Shown: positions 10,278 to 20,371, counted from the stretch's first letter. The stretch is 64,000 nucleotides of DNA from Promethearchaeota archaeon (GCA_019058365.1 JAHPZE010000002.1:224001-288000); one strand, 5' to 3'. Notes: generated by a model not told the origin, from the letters alone. Numbers and translations are program-made.

Positions 10278-10793
10278 GTGTTAAATATGAAAGAAAATAT
10301 AGAATTAGAATTAGAAGAATTAATGGAATTGATGAGATATGCTTTTCTCAGATTGGACGGTGCGTGGTTCATGGCTTCAGTTGAAAAATTCGGTTTGAAG
10401 AATGCGACAGAATTAGATATAAAAGCATGGGAGATGTTTTCTGAAAGGTTGGGAAAGAAAATTGCTTCAATAACAAACTTGAAAGGTAATTTATCTCAAA
10501 CTTTGCCAAAACTGATGAAAATCCAACATACACTCATGAATATGAATTCAGAAATAGAAGTTATTAATGAGAGCAAAATGATTCACAGAGTTTTAGAATG
10601 TGAAGTTTGGAGAATGGTTCAGAAAGTATGGACTCAGGATGCAATTCCTTGTCACAAGGTTACACTAGCAAGTATTAGGGGTTTGCTAAAGGGAGCTTTT
10701 CCAGAAAAAGAGTTTATTTTAAAACATAAGAAGAAAATCCCTTTGGGAGATCCTTGTTGTGAGATTGAAATTTCCATTAAAAGCAATAATTAA
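10278..10793 (+). CDS. DUF6125/V4R-like small-ligand-binding protein
   Basis: LDGAWF..VEKFG, RVLECEVW, PCH, GDPCCEIEI. Confidence 0.6.
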   Translation: MLNMKENIELELEELMELMRYAFLRLDGAWFMASVEKFGLKNATELDIKAWEMFSERLGKKIASITNLKGNLSQTLPKLMKIQHTLMNMNSEIEVINESKMIHRVLECEVWRMVQKVWTQDAIPCHKVTLASIRGLLKGAFPEKEFILKHKKKIPLGDPCCEIEISIKSNN

Positions 10794-10814
10794 AGTATTT
10801 TTATAAAAATTTTT

Positions 10815-11840
10815 CTATACTTTTGGGTATAAAATTTCATCAGCAGAGATATTTTCTCCGTAAACTTCGAAAGCAAGATTTCTCAATCCATCTAATCCAA
10901 TAGGTTCTTCTCTAAGCTTTTCTGATTCCCAAATTTTTAACTTTTTAAATTCTTTTTTAATTTCTAATGTATATTTTAGTTGTTGTAATCTAATCTTAGT
11001 ACAAAAATCACATTTTTTTGGTTCTGGAGTAATCATATTAATATGAACGCCCTCTAATTTAATATATCGCATTGTTAAGTCTCTAGCTCTTTTTATTTCT
11101 TCAAAACTTGGTTTTTCAGCTATAGTTACTAATCTAAGTGACCCTATATCATGAATTAGATCTGATATTCTTTCTCCTCGTCTTTCTAATTCAACAATCA
11201 TATTAAAAATCTCTTTTCCCAATTCTCGTCTTTTTTCATAATTATCAAATGGTTTGATTATATTTCTCCACACTTTTGAAACATTTCGAATCGCACCCTT
11301 AATAGAATTATAAAAATTTAATGAGTACTTAAGCATTACTTTGACCTGGTCTTCAGGAATCTCAAAAAGAGTAATCATGTTTGCCGTTGGAGGAAAATCT
11401 GCAATTATTATATCAAATTGAATTTCTTGAGTATTAATATCTTCAGCATCTAATATTTTTTGAAAAAACATTGCATTTTTTAGTGCTAATGGAATAGAAT
11501 CAGCTGTAAATGTAGTATCTATAAATTTCTCGATTTGAGGAATCATCCCTACTAAAGGCATTTGACTCATAAGGATTTTCATTTTTTCTATTAACTCTTT
11601 AGTATATTTCTTAGCATAACTATCAGCATCAGGTTCTATTCCCCAAAGATTTTTTGTTAGCTGAGTTAGTTTATTTCCAATCTCTATTTGGAATAAGTCA
11701 CTAAGATTATGAGCCATATCAAAAGAAATTAGAAGAATATTTTTATAAGGAAGTAAATCTGAAAGTAATACTGCTGTAGAAGCGCTAATCGAACTCTTTC
11801 CTACCCCTCCTTTTCCACCTAAAACAATAATTTTTTCCAT
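10815..11840 (-). CDS. ArsA/Get3 (TRC40) family ATPase
   Basis: GGKGGVGKSS, SFDMAHNLSDLF, DFPPTA, CDFC, EEPIGLDGL. Confidence 0.9.
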   Translation of the reverse strand: MEKIIVLGGKGGVGKSSISASTAVLLSDLLPYKNILLISFDMAHNLSDLFQIEIGNKLTQLTKNLWGIEPDADSYAKKYTKELIEKMKILMSQMPLVGMIPQIEKFIDTTFTADSIPLALKNAMFFQKILDAEDINTQEIQFDIIIADFPPTANMITLFEIPEDQVKVMLKYSLNFYNSIKGAIRNVSKVWRNIIKPFDNYEKRRELGKEIFNMIVELERRGERISDLIHDIGSLRLVTIAEKPSFEEIKRARDLTMRYIKLEGVHINMITPEPKKCDFCTKIRLQQLKYTLEIKKEFKKLKIWESEKLREEPIGLDGLRNLAFEVYGENISADEILYPKV

Positions 11841-12393
11841 ATTTCGATTTTAATTTAGAAAGTCTGATTTATTATATCAAAAACAAAAATAACATAAAAA
11901 ACTAACCAAATAGCAATAATTTCAATATTAATATTCTTTCATCAAGAATTAGCAAAAAATAAATATCTTGAACGATTTTATTAATATAGAATATTAAAAA
12001 TTATCAAAAATATTAATTAAATCATCAATTATATTAATTAGTTATATCAATACATCATAATTCTTAATCAAATATATAAATTCATTAAATAATTTTATAA
12101 ATTAAATAACGCAATTAATAGAATAAATCAAATAAACAATTAATTAAAAAAATTATCAATTCAGTAAATCAAAATTATTGTTCAGACTTATAATAAACCA
12201 TAAGAAGTAGATCTATATTTCAAGCTTAATAAAAATTCATAGATTTCATTAAAAGACTAAAAATTCAAGATTTTAGTTAGAAATAATTAATTTAGTATTG
12301 GTTCTAAATCAAATGGATAGAATCTGCTTCTACTTTATAAGTATCACTTTATATTTTGATTTATTGGAGATTTAAACAAATCAAAAAAAAGAA

Positions 12394-13578
12394 GTGATAA
12401 AAATTACAAATCAATCAGAATTTACTACAAAATATATTATTGAAGTTAAGTTCAAAATTATGGGTGTAGTTGAGAAATCAGATATCGTTGGAGCAATATT
12501 TGGGCAAACGGAAGGTCTTCTATTAGATCTTGATTTAAGGGATTTACAGAAGTCGGGAAGGATTGGTAGAATAGAGGTTGAAAATGAATCAAAAGAAGGA
12601 ATTTCGAAAGGTATTATAAATATTCCATCCTCTTTAACGAGAAAGGAAACTGCATTATTGGCAGCAACTGTTGAAACTGTTTCTCGTGTGGGGCCATGCG
12701 AAGCAGAAATTACACTTATCGAAATTCGGGATGTTCGCGAAACTAAACGACAACAAATAATAGAAAGAGCAGCAGAACTTTTAAAAGAATGGGATCAAAA
12801 ATCCCTAGAACAAAGTGAGATAGAAGAACAAATTGATACAGATATAAAACTTGGAGAGATTATTTCATGGGGCTCAGAAAGTCTTCCTGCAGGCCCAGAA
12901 GTGGATAGTAATCCAGAATTAATTATTGTAGAAGGTCGAGCTGATGTTTTAAATCTATTAAGAATTGGAGTTAAAAACACGATTGCCGTTCAAGGAACTC
13001 AAGTTCCAAAGTCAGTAATTAAATTAGCTAAACAAAAAAAATCAGTAATAGCATTTGTCGATGGAGACCGTGGTGGAACGATTATTCTTAATGAATTATT
13101 ACAAGTTGCTAAGATTGATCATGTAGCTAGGGCTCCTAATGGATCGGAAGTAGAAGAATTAACCCGAAAGCAGATGATAAAAGCATTGCAAAACAAAAAA
13201 CCAGCAAAAACTTTTAAAGTTATGAAAGAAAAAGATAAAATTCAAAAAAGAAATGGCGATATTGATGGAAGTATTCAGAAAATTTTAAAAAAATTAAAAA
13301 TAAAAGATGAAACAGTAATTATTAAAGCTATACAGAATATACAACCAGGTTTTGCTATTGGATTTAATAAGGCTCTTGAAAAATTATTTGATATGCCCGT
13401 AGGTGAAATTTTCGAAAAAATTAGAAATTTTAAAGATACCCAGTATTTAATAATTGATGGTATTTTGTCAAAAAGGCTCCTTTCACTTTCAATCAATATG
13501 AAAATTAAATTAATTGTAAGTAAAAATAAAGAAGAAGAATTAGTTATTCCAGAAAATATCTTAGTCTGGTTCTTTTAA
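12394..13578 (+). CDS. dnaG: Archaeal DnaG (TOPRIM, exosome-associated)
   Basis: GVVEKSDIVGAIFGQTEGLL, LRDLQKSGRIGRI, IIVEGRADVLNL, FVDGDRGG. Confidence 0.97.
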   Translation: MIKITNQSEFTTKYIIEVKFKIMGVVEKSDIVGAIFGQTEGLLLDLDLRDLQKSGRIGRIEVENESKEGISKGIINIPSSLTRKETALLAATVETVSRVGPCEAEITLIEIRDVRETKRQQIIERAAELLKEWDQKSLEQSEIEEQIDTDIKLGEIISWGSESLPAGPEVDSNPELIIVEGRADVLNLLRIGVKNTIAVQGTQVPKSVIKLAKQKKSVIAFVDGDRGGTIILNELLQVAKIDHVARAPNGSEVEELTRKQMIKALQNKKPAKTFKVMKEKDKIQKRNGDIDGSIQKILKKLKIKDETVIIKAIQNIQPGFAIGFNKALEKLFDMPVGEIFEKIRNFKDTQYLIIDGILSKRLLSLSINMKIKLIVSKNKEEELVIPENILVWFF

Positions 13579-13592
13579 AAATTTACTTCATC

Positions 13593-13829
13593 TCAACCAA
13601 TAGGTATAATTTGAAAAATTGATTGAAATATATATGAAACTGCACCTAAAAGGATAATACCTATCGCACAAATTTTGAATACTAAGAAATATTCTTTTTT
13701 TGTAGGTTTATTTGCAATTTTAATTATTCTTTTTGAGTTTTGGAAGAATGAAACCAGTCTTTCATATAATCCTGGTTTTTTCTGTTTGTTAGTCTTCGAA
13801 TAATTCTCATATTTCGGATAATTTGACAC
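13593..13829 (-). CDS. secE: SecE/Sec61-gamma
   Basis: RIIKIANKPTKKEY plus TM helix; follows ftsY. Confidence 0.9.
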   Translation of the reverse strand: MSNYPKYENYSKTNKQKKPGLYERLVSFFQNSKRIIKIANKPTKKEYFLVFKICAIGIILLGAVSYIFQSIFQIIPIG

Positions 13830-13891
13830 AATAAAAAAAAAGTACAGTTAGATAAAAAAGTTATCTTTTATGACGGTTATTTAAATTAGGA

Positions 13892-14782
13892 TTATATAAT
13901 TTCGAGTATGTTTGTGATAAATAGATCTCGATTAAAAGGGTCTAAATTTTCATAATTCTGCCCTGTCCCTAAAAAAATGATGGGTTTTTTTGTTTCAAAG
14001 GAAATTGACAATGCGGCACCACCTTTTGCATCAGCATCAAATTTTGTTAAAATATTGGCATCAATACCAACATGTTTTTTAAACTCTTTTGCTTGAAAAA
14101 GAGCATCATTACCTGCTAAAGAGTCACCCACAAATATACGACAATCAGGTTGAGCAATTCTACAAATTTTTTGTATTTCTATCATCAAATTTTTATCTGT
14201 AACTTGTCTTCCGGCTGTATCGATTAAAACCACATTTATATTTTTTGCTTTTGCGTGCTCTATAGCATCATACGCAACTGAAGCAGGATCTGATTTATAT
14301 TCATGCTTTATAACTCGTATTCCTACATTCTCCATGTGATAAGATAATTGCTCGATTGCTGCGGCTCGAAATGTATCTGCTGCAGCAGCAACAATTGAGA
14401 AACCATGTTTTTTTAAAAAATAAGCGATCTTTGCCATAGTGGTAGTTTTTCCTGTACCATTAACTCCAAGAAATAAAATTACATAAGGTTCACTTTTTTT
14501 CTTAATTTCTGCGATTAAATCAATTTCTTCTTCAGGTGTTAAGATCTCAGTTATAGTATCTTTTAAAGTTTCAAATAATTTCTTTTGGGTTGATTTTAAA
14601 CGCCCTATTTGTTCTCCTTTAAAAGATTCAACAATCCTATTACAAATTTCATCGGCAGTGTCAATAGCTACATCGTTACTTAAAAGAAGTAATTTTAGAT
14701 CATTAATGGCATCATCTAACTTTTTTTCTGTTAAAGTTTTTTTAACAAATGATGAAAATGTGTTTTTTAGTTTCTCGAGCAT
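13892..14782 (-). CDS. ftsY: SRP receptor FtsY (NG domain only)
   Basis: GVNGTGKTTT, DTFRAAAIEQL, DTAGR, TKFDADAKGG, GTGQ. Confidence 0.97.
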   Translation of the reverse strand: MLEKLKNTFSSFVKKTLTEKKLDDAINDLKLLLLSNDVAIDTADEICNRIVESFKGEQIGRLKSTQKKLFETLKDTITEILTPEEEIDLIAEIKKKSEPYVILFLGVNGTGKTTTMAKIAYFLKKHGFSIVAAAADTFRAAAIEQLSYHMENVGIRVIKHEYKSDPASVAYDAIEHAKAKNINVVLIDTAGRQVTDKNLMIEIQKICRIAQPDCRIFVGDSLAGNDALFQAKEFKKHVGIDANILTKFDADAKGGAALSISFETKKPIIFLGTGQNYENLDPFNRDLFITNILEII

Positions 14783-14847
14783 TTATTTCTCCGTAGAATT
14801 GTGAAAAATAATTAAGATTATAACAAGTTTAATATAAAAAATTATTC

Positions 14848-15267
14848 TTATGTGTAATTTCTTTGAATATTTTGAGAAATTTCTTTAAGGTTTAGATCTA
14901 TATTTTGTATTTGTGTGGTTAAAAACTGTACTTGTTCATTATGTTGTTCAATTAATTTATTAAGAAATTCAAGGGCTCCATCTAAATCCTTCTCAATGAA
15001 TACATCTTGAGTTACAGCTAATAAAACTTTCTCTGGTTCTTTAATAGATGCCTTAGTATATACTAATCCTCCAATTGGAACAAGAATTTCATCATTTTCA
15101 TTTATTCCCTCTTTTAAGTTTTCAATGGTTCTCTTAGTATTCAAAACATTTGCTAAAGAGGCATTTATCATTTCTAATTGATTCTGAAACATTTCGCTTT
15201 GTTCTTTAAAGTATCGAAATTTTAATAATTGTTCTTGGTACTCTTGAGATTGTTCCATCTTTATCAA
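14848..15267 (-). CDS. pfdA: Prefoldin alpha subunit
   Basis: EILVPIGGLVY hairpin between coiled coils; conserved cluster position. Confidence 0.93.
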   Translation of the reverse strand: MIKMEQSQEYQEQLLKFRYFKEQSEMFQNQLEMINASLANVLNTKRTIENLKEGINENDEILVPIGGLVYTKASIKEPEKVLLAVTQDVFIEKDLDGALEFLNKLIEQHNEQVQFLTTQIQNIDLNLKEISQNIQRNYT

Positions 15268-15288
15268 ATCTTTTAGTAGTTTTCTTGA

Positions 15289-15516
15289 TTATTCTGATAA
15301 TTCTCGGATGAGATAATCTTGAGATTCTTCTAGAGATATTTCTCCAATTTCTTGAATGTTGATTTGACGTCTGTAAATTCCAATTGAGGTAATTTGAGAT
15401 AGTACTTTTTCAAGAGCCTCTTCTTCTTTCAAGGCACGTACTTCTTTTCTAAATAAATACTTTTTATGATCTTTATTATAATTACCAATAATTCTGAAAA
15501 TTTTAATCTCTGACAT
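15289..15516 (-). CDS. rpl18a: Ribosomal protein eL20 (LX/L18a)
   Basis: KIFRIIG..FRKEVRALKEEEALEKV; between aIF6 and pfdA. Confidence 0.9.
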   Translation of the reverse strand: MSEIKIFRIIGNYNKDHKKYLFRKEVRALKEEEALEKVLSQITSIGIYRRQINIQEIGEISLEESQDYLIRELSE

Positions 15517-15654
15517 AACTTATTTAAACCACTGTTTCAAAGCTTTTAAAATACGATAATATTTCTAAAAATATTAAATTTTGTATTTCAATCCATGTAG
15601 GATTTTAAAGCAAATTAGATATAAATAAAGAGATCGCAAATTTTTATATCTAGT

Positions 15655-16323
15655 CTATAAATGTAAAACACTTGTAATACGCATTAATTCGGGACCAGTA
15701 CAATTAACCCCAAAAATTCCGCTCTCATCGTTAACTATTGCTCCAGACCTTAAATAAGGCACTCCACGATTTACAGTCGATACATCCACTTCATCGACCT
15801 TTAGAATGGAAGATATAATTTCGATTTCACTATCAGTTGATAGAGGATGTACTAAGCAACCAAAATTATTCGCTAATGAGATTGATCCGGGGAGATAATA
15901 GTCCGCAAATTCGTAAATAACAACCTCAACATTTAGAATATCTTCAATCTCTGTTTTATAATTTTCTAAGAAAGAGCTGATTATTGCGCCTTTATCGTTA
16001 CATAAGATTAAATTACCAAAAGCATTATCAATTGATTTTAGAACTCCAATTTGGCTCGATTCTTTCACATGTAGTTCTAAATTATTAAGCTCATCTTCTC
16101 TTATAATATGTGGTACTATTATCCCGTATTTATTTGACGCTGTATATACACCTAATAAATTAGAATTATTAATTGTAAGAGGATAAAATGGAGCCTTAAA
16201 AGTGGTTTTAAATTTCTCCAGTAATGTGCTCAGTAATGTTGGAGGATAAAGAATAAATGAATTATTGGCAGCTAGATATACTCCAATTAAACTTCGACCA
16301 AAAATCTGGGCTCTAAGGATCAT
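15655..16323 (-). CDS. eif6: Translation factor aIF6
   Basis: IGVY, LLGVY, GNLILCNDKGA, LVHP, TVNRG..SG..VND, TGPEL. Confidence 0.95.
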   Translation of the reverse strand: MILRAQIFGRSLIGVYLAANNSFILYPPTLLSTLLEKFKTTFKAPFYPLTINNSNLLGVYTASNKYGIIVPHIIREDELNNLELHVKESSQIGVLKSIDNAFGNLILCNDKGAIISSFLENYKTEIEDILNVEVVIYEFADYYLPGSISLANNFGCLVHPLSTDSEIEIISSILKVDEVDVSTVNRGVPYLRSGAIVNDESGIFGVNCTGPELMRITSVLHL

Positions 16324-16453
16324 TATTCTATTTTTAATTTGTGAATTGCTTAATTTTTGCTATTGATATTTTTGAGATTTGATTTTAATTCTTTAAATTA
16401 TATGTTTTAAAATGAGTATACTATTTTTGAATTCCTATAAAATTTAATTACCC

Positions 16454-16906
16454 CTACCCTAAATAAACGACTACTAATCCATCAATATTCTTTGTTGCCC
16501 TAACTTTTAACTTTCGTGGAGGTTTTTGAGTGGAACGTTCCCAAATCTTCTCATTAACTTCTTGAGTTATTACTAAAGATTCTGGTTTAAAGTGACGCGT
16601 CATGTATTCTCTAAGATACCTAACTGCTTTATTAGCTCGTTTATGTCTAGGCCCTTTTCGAGCTTTAGCAAGAGGAACTATGTATATTCTCTCATCTATA
16701 ATCTCTTCTTTAGGAGCTTCCTCTTCCTCAATTTCTTCTCGTTCTTCAACTCCCTCTTCAAAAATTTCACTTATTTCTTCTTCCTCAGAAATTTCATCCA
16801 GACCAAATTCTTCTATTTCTTCAATTTCTTCTGGTTCTTCAACTTCAGAATCTACTAATTCTTCTTCTAGATCATCTAAACTAATTTCTTTTTCTTTTTT
16901 TGCCAT
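16454..16906 (-). CDS. rpl31e: Ribosomal protein eL31 with acidic N-terminal extension
   Basis: ERIYIVPL..KRANKAV..VNEKIWER..KPPRKLKV. Confidence 0.95.
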   Translation of the reverse strand: MAKKEKEISLDDLEEELVDSEVEEPEEIEEIEEFGLDEISEEEEISEIFEEGVEEREEIEEEEAPKEEIIDERIYIVPLAKARKGPRHKRANKAVRYLREYMTRHFKPESLVITQEVNEKIWERSTQKPPRKLKVRATKNIDGLVVVYLG

Positions 16907-16933
16907 CTTATTTCAGATTCTTTTTTTTCTTAA

Positions 16934-17095
16934 TCAATCTCTTTTTAGTCGAGCATTCCTCCATGTTCTTTTCGAATAGGGACTATCTCTCACTCTACGA
17001 TTTGTTTTTATAGTAATCCAATTTGGAATTGTTTGACTTTGTTTAGCCTTTTTTGCTCTTCGCAATTTAGAAGGCAAATTCTTATTTCTCGCCAT
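16934..17095 (-). CDS. rpl39e: Ribosomal protein eL39 (53 aa, below ORF-track cutoff)
   Basis: Manual translation MARNKNLPSKLRRAKKAKQSQTIPNWITIKTNRRVRDSPYSKRTWRNARLKRD. Confidence 0.95.
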   Translation of the reverse strand: MARNKNLPSKLRRAKKAKQSQTIPNWITIKTNRRVRDSPYSKRTWRNARLKRD

Positions 17096-17131
17096 AATTT
17101 CTGATCTCTTAAATATTTCTGTTTTTTGTAA

Positions 17132-17473
17132 TTATTTTTTAATATTAAATTCTTTTTTTTTTCCTATTGAAGAAATTTGTTCTAATAACTTTTTAAATGC
17201 ATTATCTGGTAAAGGTGTTGCACCTCTTAATTGTCCTGATTGAAATAATTGAATCAATTCTAACTCAATTTGTTCTGCGAATTGTGGTTTAACCATCCGA
17301 ATATTTTCTAATCTTTGCCTTCCTTCTTGGCTTAATATCTTCCTCATCAACAGATATTTTTTATTTTCAAACTCTTTTTGCTGAGCTTCTGAGATTTGTT
17401 GTTGTGCTGCTTGTTGTCTTAATTCTGCTAATTTTCTTTTTCTGATATTATCTAATTCTTCTTCGTCACTCAC
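17132..17473 (-). CDS. PDCD5-like DNA-binding protein
   Basis: ELDNIRKRKLAEL, ILSQEGRQRLENIRMVKP..AEQIE..LIQL. Confidence 0.93.
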   Translation of the reverse strand: MSDEEELDNIRKRKLAELRQQAAQQQISEAQQKEFENKKYLLMRKILSQEGRQRLENIRMVKPQFAEQIELELIQLFQSGQLRGATPLPDNAFKKLLEQISSIGKKKEFNIKK

Positions 17474-17504
17474 AATAACTCCCTAAATTTTACAAATTTT
17501 ATAT

Positions 17505-17924
17505 TTAATGCCTTAAAATTGCATAAGCTGTTCGTTCTAATAAACTTGTACCTTCTGTGGAGACGGTTCTTCCTTCTTTTTCCATCTTGTCAATTAACTT
17601 TGCATTCTCTAACTGTTGCAAAGCTACTCTTATTATTTTTCCACTTCCTTTTGCAGAATGATTCAGCCCTGGTCCTCTTCGATTTCTCCCACCATAAAAT
17701 TTCCTAAGTTTATTTACACCTATTGGTTCAAATTTCTTTACTTTTCTAAGAATTGAAGCACATCTGATAAACCAAAAATTTTCAGTGTCTTCTGGTGCTA
17801 ATTCTTTAAAAAATGCTGTTTTCCAAAACTCTGAACCTTTTGGAGGAGAAATTTCTGGATAACCTTTTAATTTTTCTGCTAATGTTTTTACAAGTTTTTC
17901 CGGTTGAACAACAAATATAGACAT
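17505..17924 (-). CDS. rps19e: Ribosomal protein eS19
   Basis: KTAFFKELAP..WFIRCASILRK..YGGR..GSGKIIRVALQQLE. Confidence 0.96.
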   Translation of the reverse strand: MSIFVVQPEKLVKTLAEKLKGYPEISPPKGSEFWKTAFFKELAPEDTENFWFIRCASILRKVKKFEPIGVNKLRKFYGGRNRRGPGLNHSAKGSGKIIRVALQQLENAKLIDKMEKEGRTVSTEGTSLLERTAYAILRH

Positions 17925-18043
17925 ACATTAAAAAAAGAACTTAAAATTAAAAATTTTATTATTTTAGGAACAAAATATGGGTTATACCGAAGATTTTAAA
18001 CAGTGAAAAGTCCAAATGGTTAGATGTTTAATATTTGCTATCG

Positions 18044-18526
18044 TCAGCTTATTAAGTTTGATTTTTCAAATTGATATCCTTCAAGGACTTTCAAACCCTC
18101 TTCTATTAATACAGGGCCGATGATTTCTATCCACTGGTGAGGTTTAAGAAGGGTTCGACAATCTGTTTTGGTCGATCCGCCACTGATCTTTTGGAGTATT
18201 TTTTGCGAAACGCTAAAGACGATCTTGGTGATCCGCGCCCAAAACACCGCTCCTGAGCAAAGCATACATGGTTCCGCACTACAATACAAGCTAAATCCTT
18301 CCAAGTTCATAAGTTTGTTCCTTTGACAATAATCCCGAATTAGCAGATTTTCTGCATGCGCGGTAGGGTCAGAAGTGGCATAAATCTGATTCCCTCTTTC
18401 TGCTACGATCTCATTATTTTTGACTAGTATAGCACCAAACGGTTCTTGTCCATTCTCTCGTGCTTGCTTAGCCAATTGGATGGCACGTCGTAGAAAAAAT
18501 TCGTCTCTTTCATTCATAATAATCAT
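18044..18526 (-). CDS. Zn-dependent nucleoside/nucleobase deaminase (CDA/TadA/guanine deaminase fold)
   Basis: PFGAILV, DPTAHAE, EPCMLC. Confidence 0.9.
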   Translation of the reverse strand: MIIMNERDEFFLRRAIQLAKQARENGQEPFGAILVKNNEIVAERGNQIYATSDPTAHAENLLIRDYCQRNKLMNLEGFSLYCSAEPCMLCSGAVFWARITKIVFSVSQKILQKISGGSTKTDCRTLLKPHQWIEIIGPVLIEEGLKVLEGYQFEKSNLIS

Positions 18527-18543
18527 TCCGAGTTATAGTGGTG

Positions 18544-19455
18544 TTAGTTCTTCTCCACCAATTCGTGTACCATTGGTAAACATTTCGACAACAGATGAAA
18601 CACATCATCCAATGACTGTAATATTCCGGGATGTATTTTGTTTACCTTCATTAAATTCAACTCATCAACATCGATTATATCTGAAACACCAAGCAAAGAG
18701 ATCGCGGGTATCTTGTATAGCGCACCCAGAAGATATACTGCACAACTCTCCATATCGACCGAATTGCACTTATACAACCTCCAAGTGTTAATAGCTTCGA
18801 GCGGTTCACAAAAAAGAGTATCCGAGCTCCAGAGAATATCTTGTCGCTCCCGCCGATTCCGCTCCCCTTTATTATTATTAAATATAGCATAAATCGACTC
18901 AGGACTGTCTACCGACCAATAACTACCGTTTAGGCTTGGATATTTCCAAGTTTCTAAAGTTTCTATAACGTGATTTTGAAATAACCGATTGTCTATCAAG
19001 TGGGCTGCATTTTCCTGTAAATATTGTAAAGAAGTTCCATCAGTAAGAAAAACAGTCTTCGGAATAACCATACTTCCAAGATCCAACCCCGTTTCTATAG
19101 AATGATTATTTTCCAAGGTGGTTTTTAATCCTCCGCAAAAGTCTATGCGAATGGCGGCCTTACAATGGCAAATTTTAAGGACTTCCATTATCATTGCTGT
19201 GTTGGGGCTCCCCATGTTCGTCTGGATTATGGATACTTCAACATTATTCAATTTTCCATTGCAAACCAGTCCATGAATGCTCCTCTTTTTCAATTTATGG
19301 ACAATGTATCGCATGACTGTGTTAACGGCGGGAAGGATAACAATGGGGCGAATATTTTTGGGAAATGTCTCGAGGAACATATAGGAGAGTTTTGCTTCAA
19401 CGGAAATGAACTTTAGAGCCATATTGGCAATTCCCGCTTTTATCTTATTTAACAT
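18544..19455 (-). CDS. Nucleoside phosphorylase (PNP_UDP_1) family protein
   Basis: MGSPNTAMIME, IRIDFCGGL, WSSDTLF.E, VDMES. Confidence 0.8.
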   Translation of the reverse strand: MLNKIKAGIANMALKFISVEAKLSYMFLETFPKNIRPIVILPAVNTVMRYIVHKLKKRSIHGLVCNGKLNNVEVSIIQTNMGSPNTAMIMEVLKICHCKAAIRIDFCGGLKTTLENNHSIETGLDLGSMVIPKTVFLTDGTSLQYLQENAAHLIDNRLFQNHVIETLETWKYPSLNGSYWSVDSPESIYAIFNNNKGERNRRERQDILWSSDTLFCEPLEAINTWRLYKCNSVDMESCAVYLLGALYKIPAISLLGVSDIIDVDELNLMKVNKIHPGILQSLDDVFHLLSKCLPMVHELVEKN

Positions 19456-19682
19456 GGGATTCTAATTTTAATATAATATAAGAATTAAATTTACACTCTT
19501 TCATATTTTTAATAAAATAATTAAAACTCACAATTATAAAATTATTATCAAAATTTACTTTAACTTGTCTATAGCTACTTTTTTTAATAAGATGATTAAT
19601 AATAAGATCAATAAGAAGACTTAAACGATGCTATTCCTAAATATTAATATAATACTTTTAAATTAAAAATTTTCCGTATTTT

Positions 19683-19970
19683 TTGAGTTCTAGGACGATG
19701 GATTATCAACGAGAATTTAAAAATGCTCTATTATCACAACCTCACTGTATTTTAGGTAAAAATGGAATATCTAATGGATTTATTGAACATGTACTTAAAT
19801 TATTAAAAAGAGATAAAATCATAAAAATCAAAGCATTGAAATCTATTGCGACAAGATCAAATATTAATGAATTAGCTAATAAAATCTCGAATTTAACAAA
19901 CTCTAACCTTCTAGATGTTAGAGGTAAAATAATTATACTTACTAATTATGATATAAAAAATTTCAATTAA
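19683..19970 (+). CDS. yhbY: YhbY/CRM RNA-binding protein
   Basis: ILGKNGI..IIKIKAL..DVRGKIIIL. Confidence 0.88.
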   Translation: MSSRTMDYQREFKNALLSQPHCILGKNGISNGFIEHVLKLLKRDKIIKIKALKSIATRSNINELANKISNLTNSNLLDVRGKIIILTNYDIKNFN

Positions 19971-19992
19971 AATTGCTTTCAAGAACAATTAA

Positions 19993-20337
19993 ATGCCAAA
20001 AGGTAACCAAAATCCTAAAAATATTGCAAAAAAGATTGCAAATTCCCGAATGCTTTACCTCTTTCAGAAAGCTCATGAAGTGTTTCCTAAAAATAAATAT
20101 CTATCAAATCGATATATCTATTTTGCAAGACGCTATGCTCAAAGAACTAAAATAAAAATCCCTTTTGAGTGGAAAAAACGTATATGTCCTAAATGTAAAA
20201 TGTTTTTATACCCAGGCATGAATTATAGAATAAGAATACACTCACAGAAAGGAAAAGGTTCTCATCTCTCTTTAACTTGTTTTGAGTGCGATAAGACTAC
20301 AAGATATTTCATTAAATTAAAAAGGAAAAAGAAATAG
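19993..20337 (+). CDS. rnp4: RNase P protein component 4 (Rpp21)
   Basis: IANSRM..L, RYI..A, KKRICPKC..L.PG..RIR..TCFEC..RY. Confidence 0.93.
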   Translation: MPKGNQNPKNIAKKIANSRMLYLFQKAHEVFPKNKYLSNRYIYFARRYAQRTKIKIPFEWKKRICPKCKMFLYPGMNYRIRIHSQKGKGSHLSLTCFECDKTTRYFIKLKRKKK

Positions 20338-20371
20338 TATCATTATTTTAATTAATAAGAGAGAGTGGTTT

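Noticed and set aside
16592-16979. Ser-rich and Phe-rich + strand ORFs
   Set aside because: Antisense reading of the GAA-rich eL31 extension
18420-19416. Several short overlapping ORFs
   Set aside because: They overlap the well-supported deaminase and phosphorylase genes and have no motifs; the other short nested ORFs in the track were dropped for the same reason
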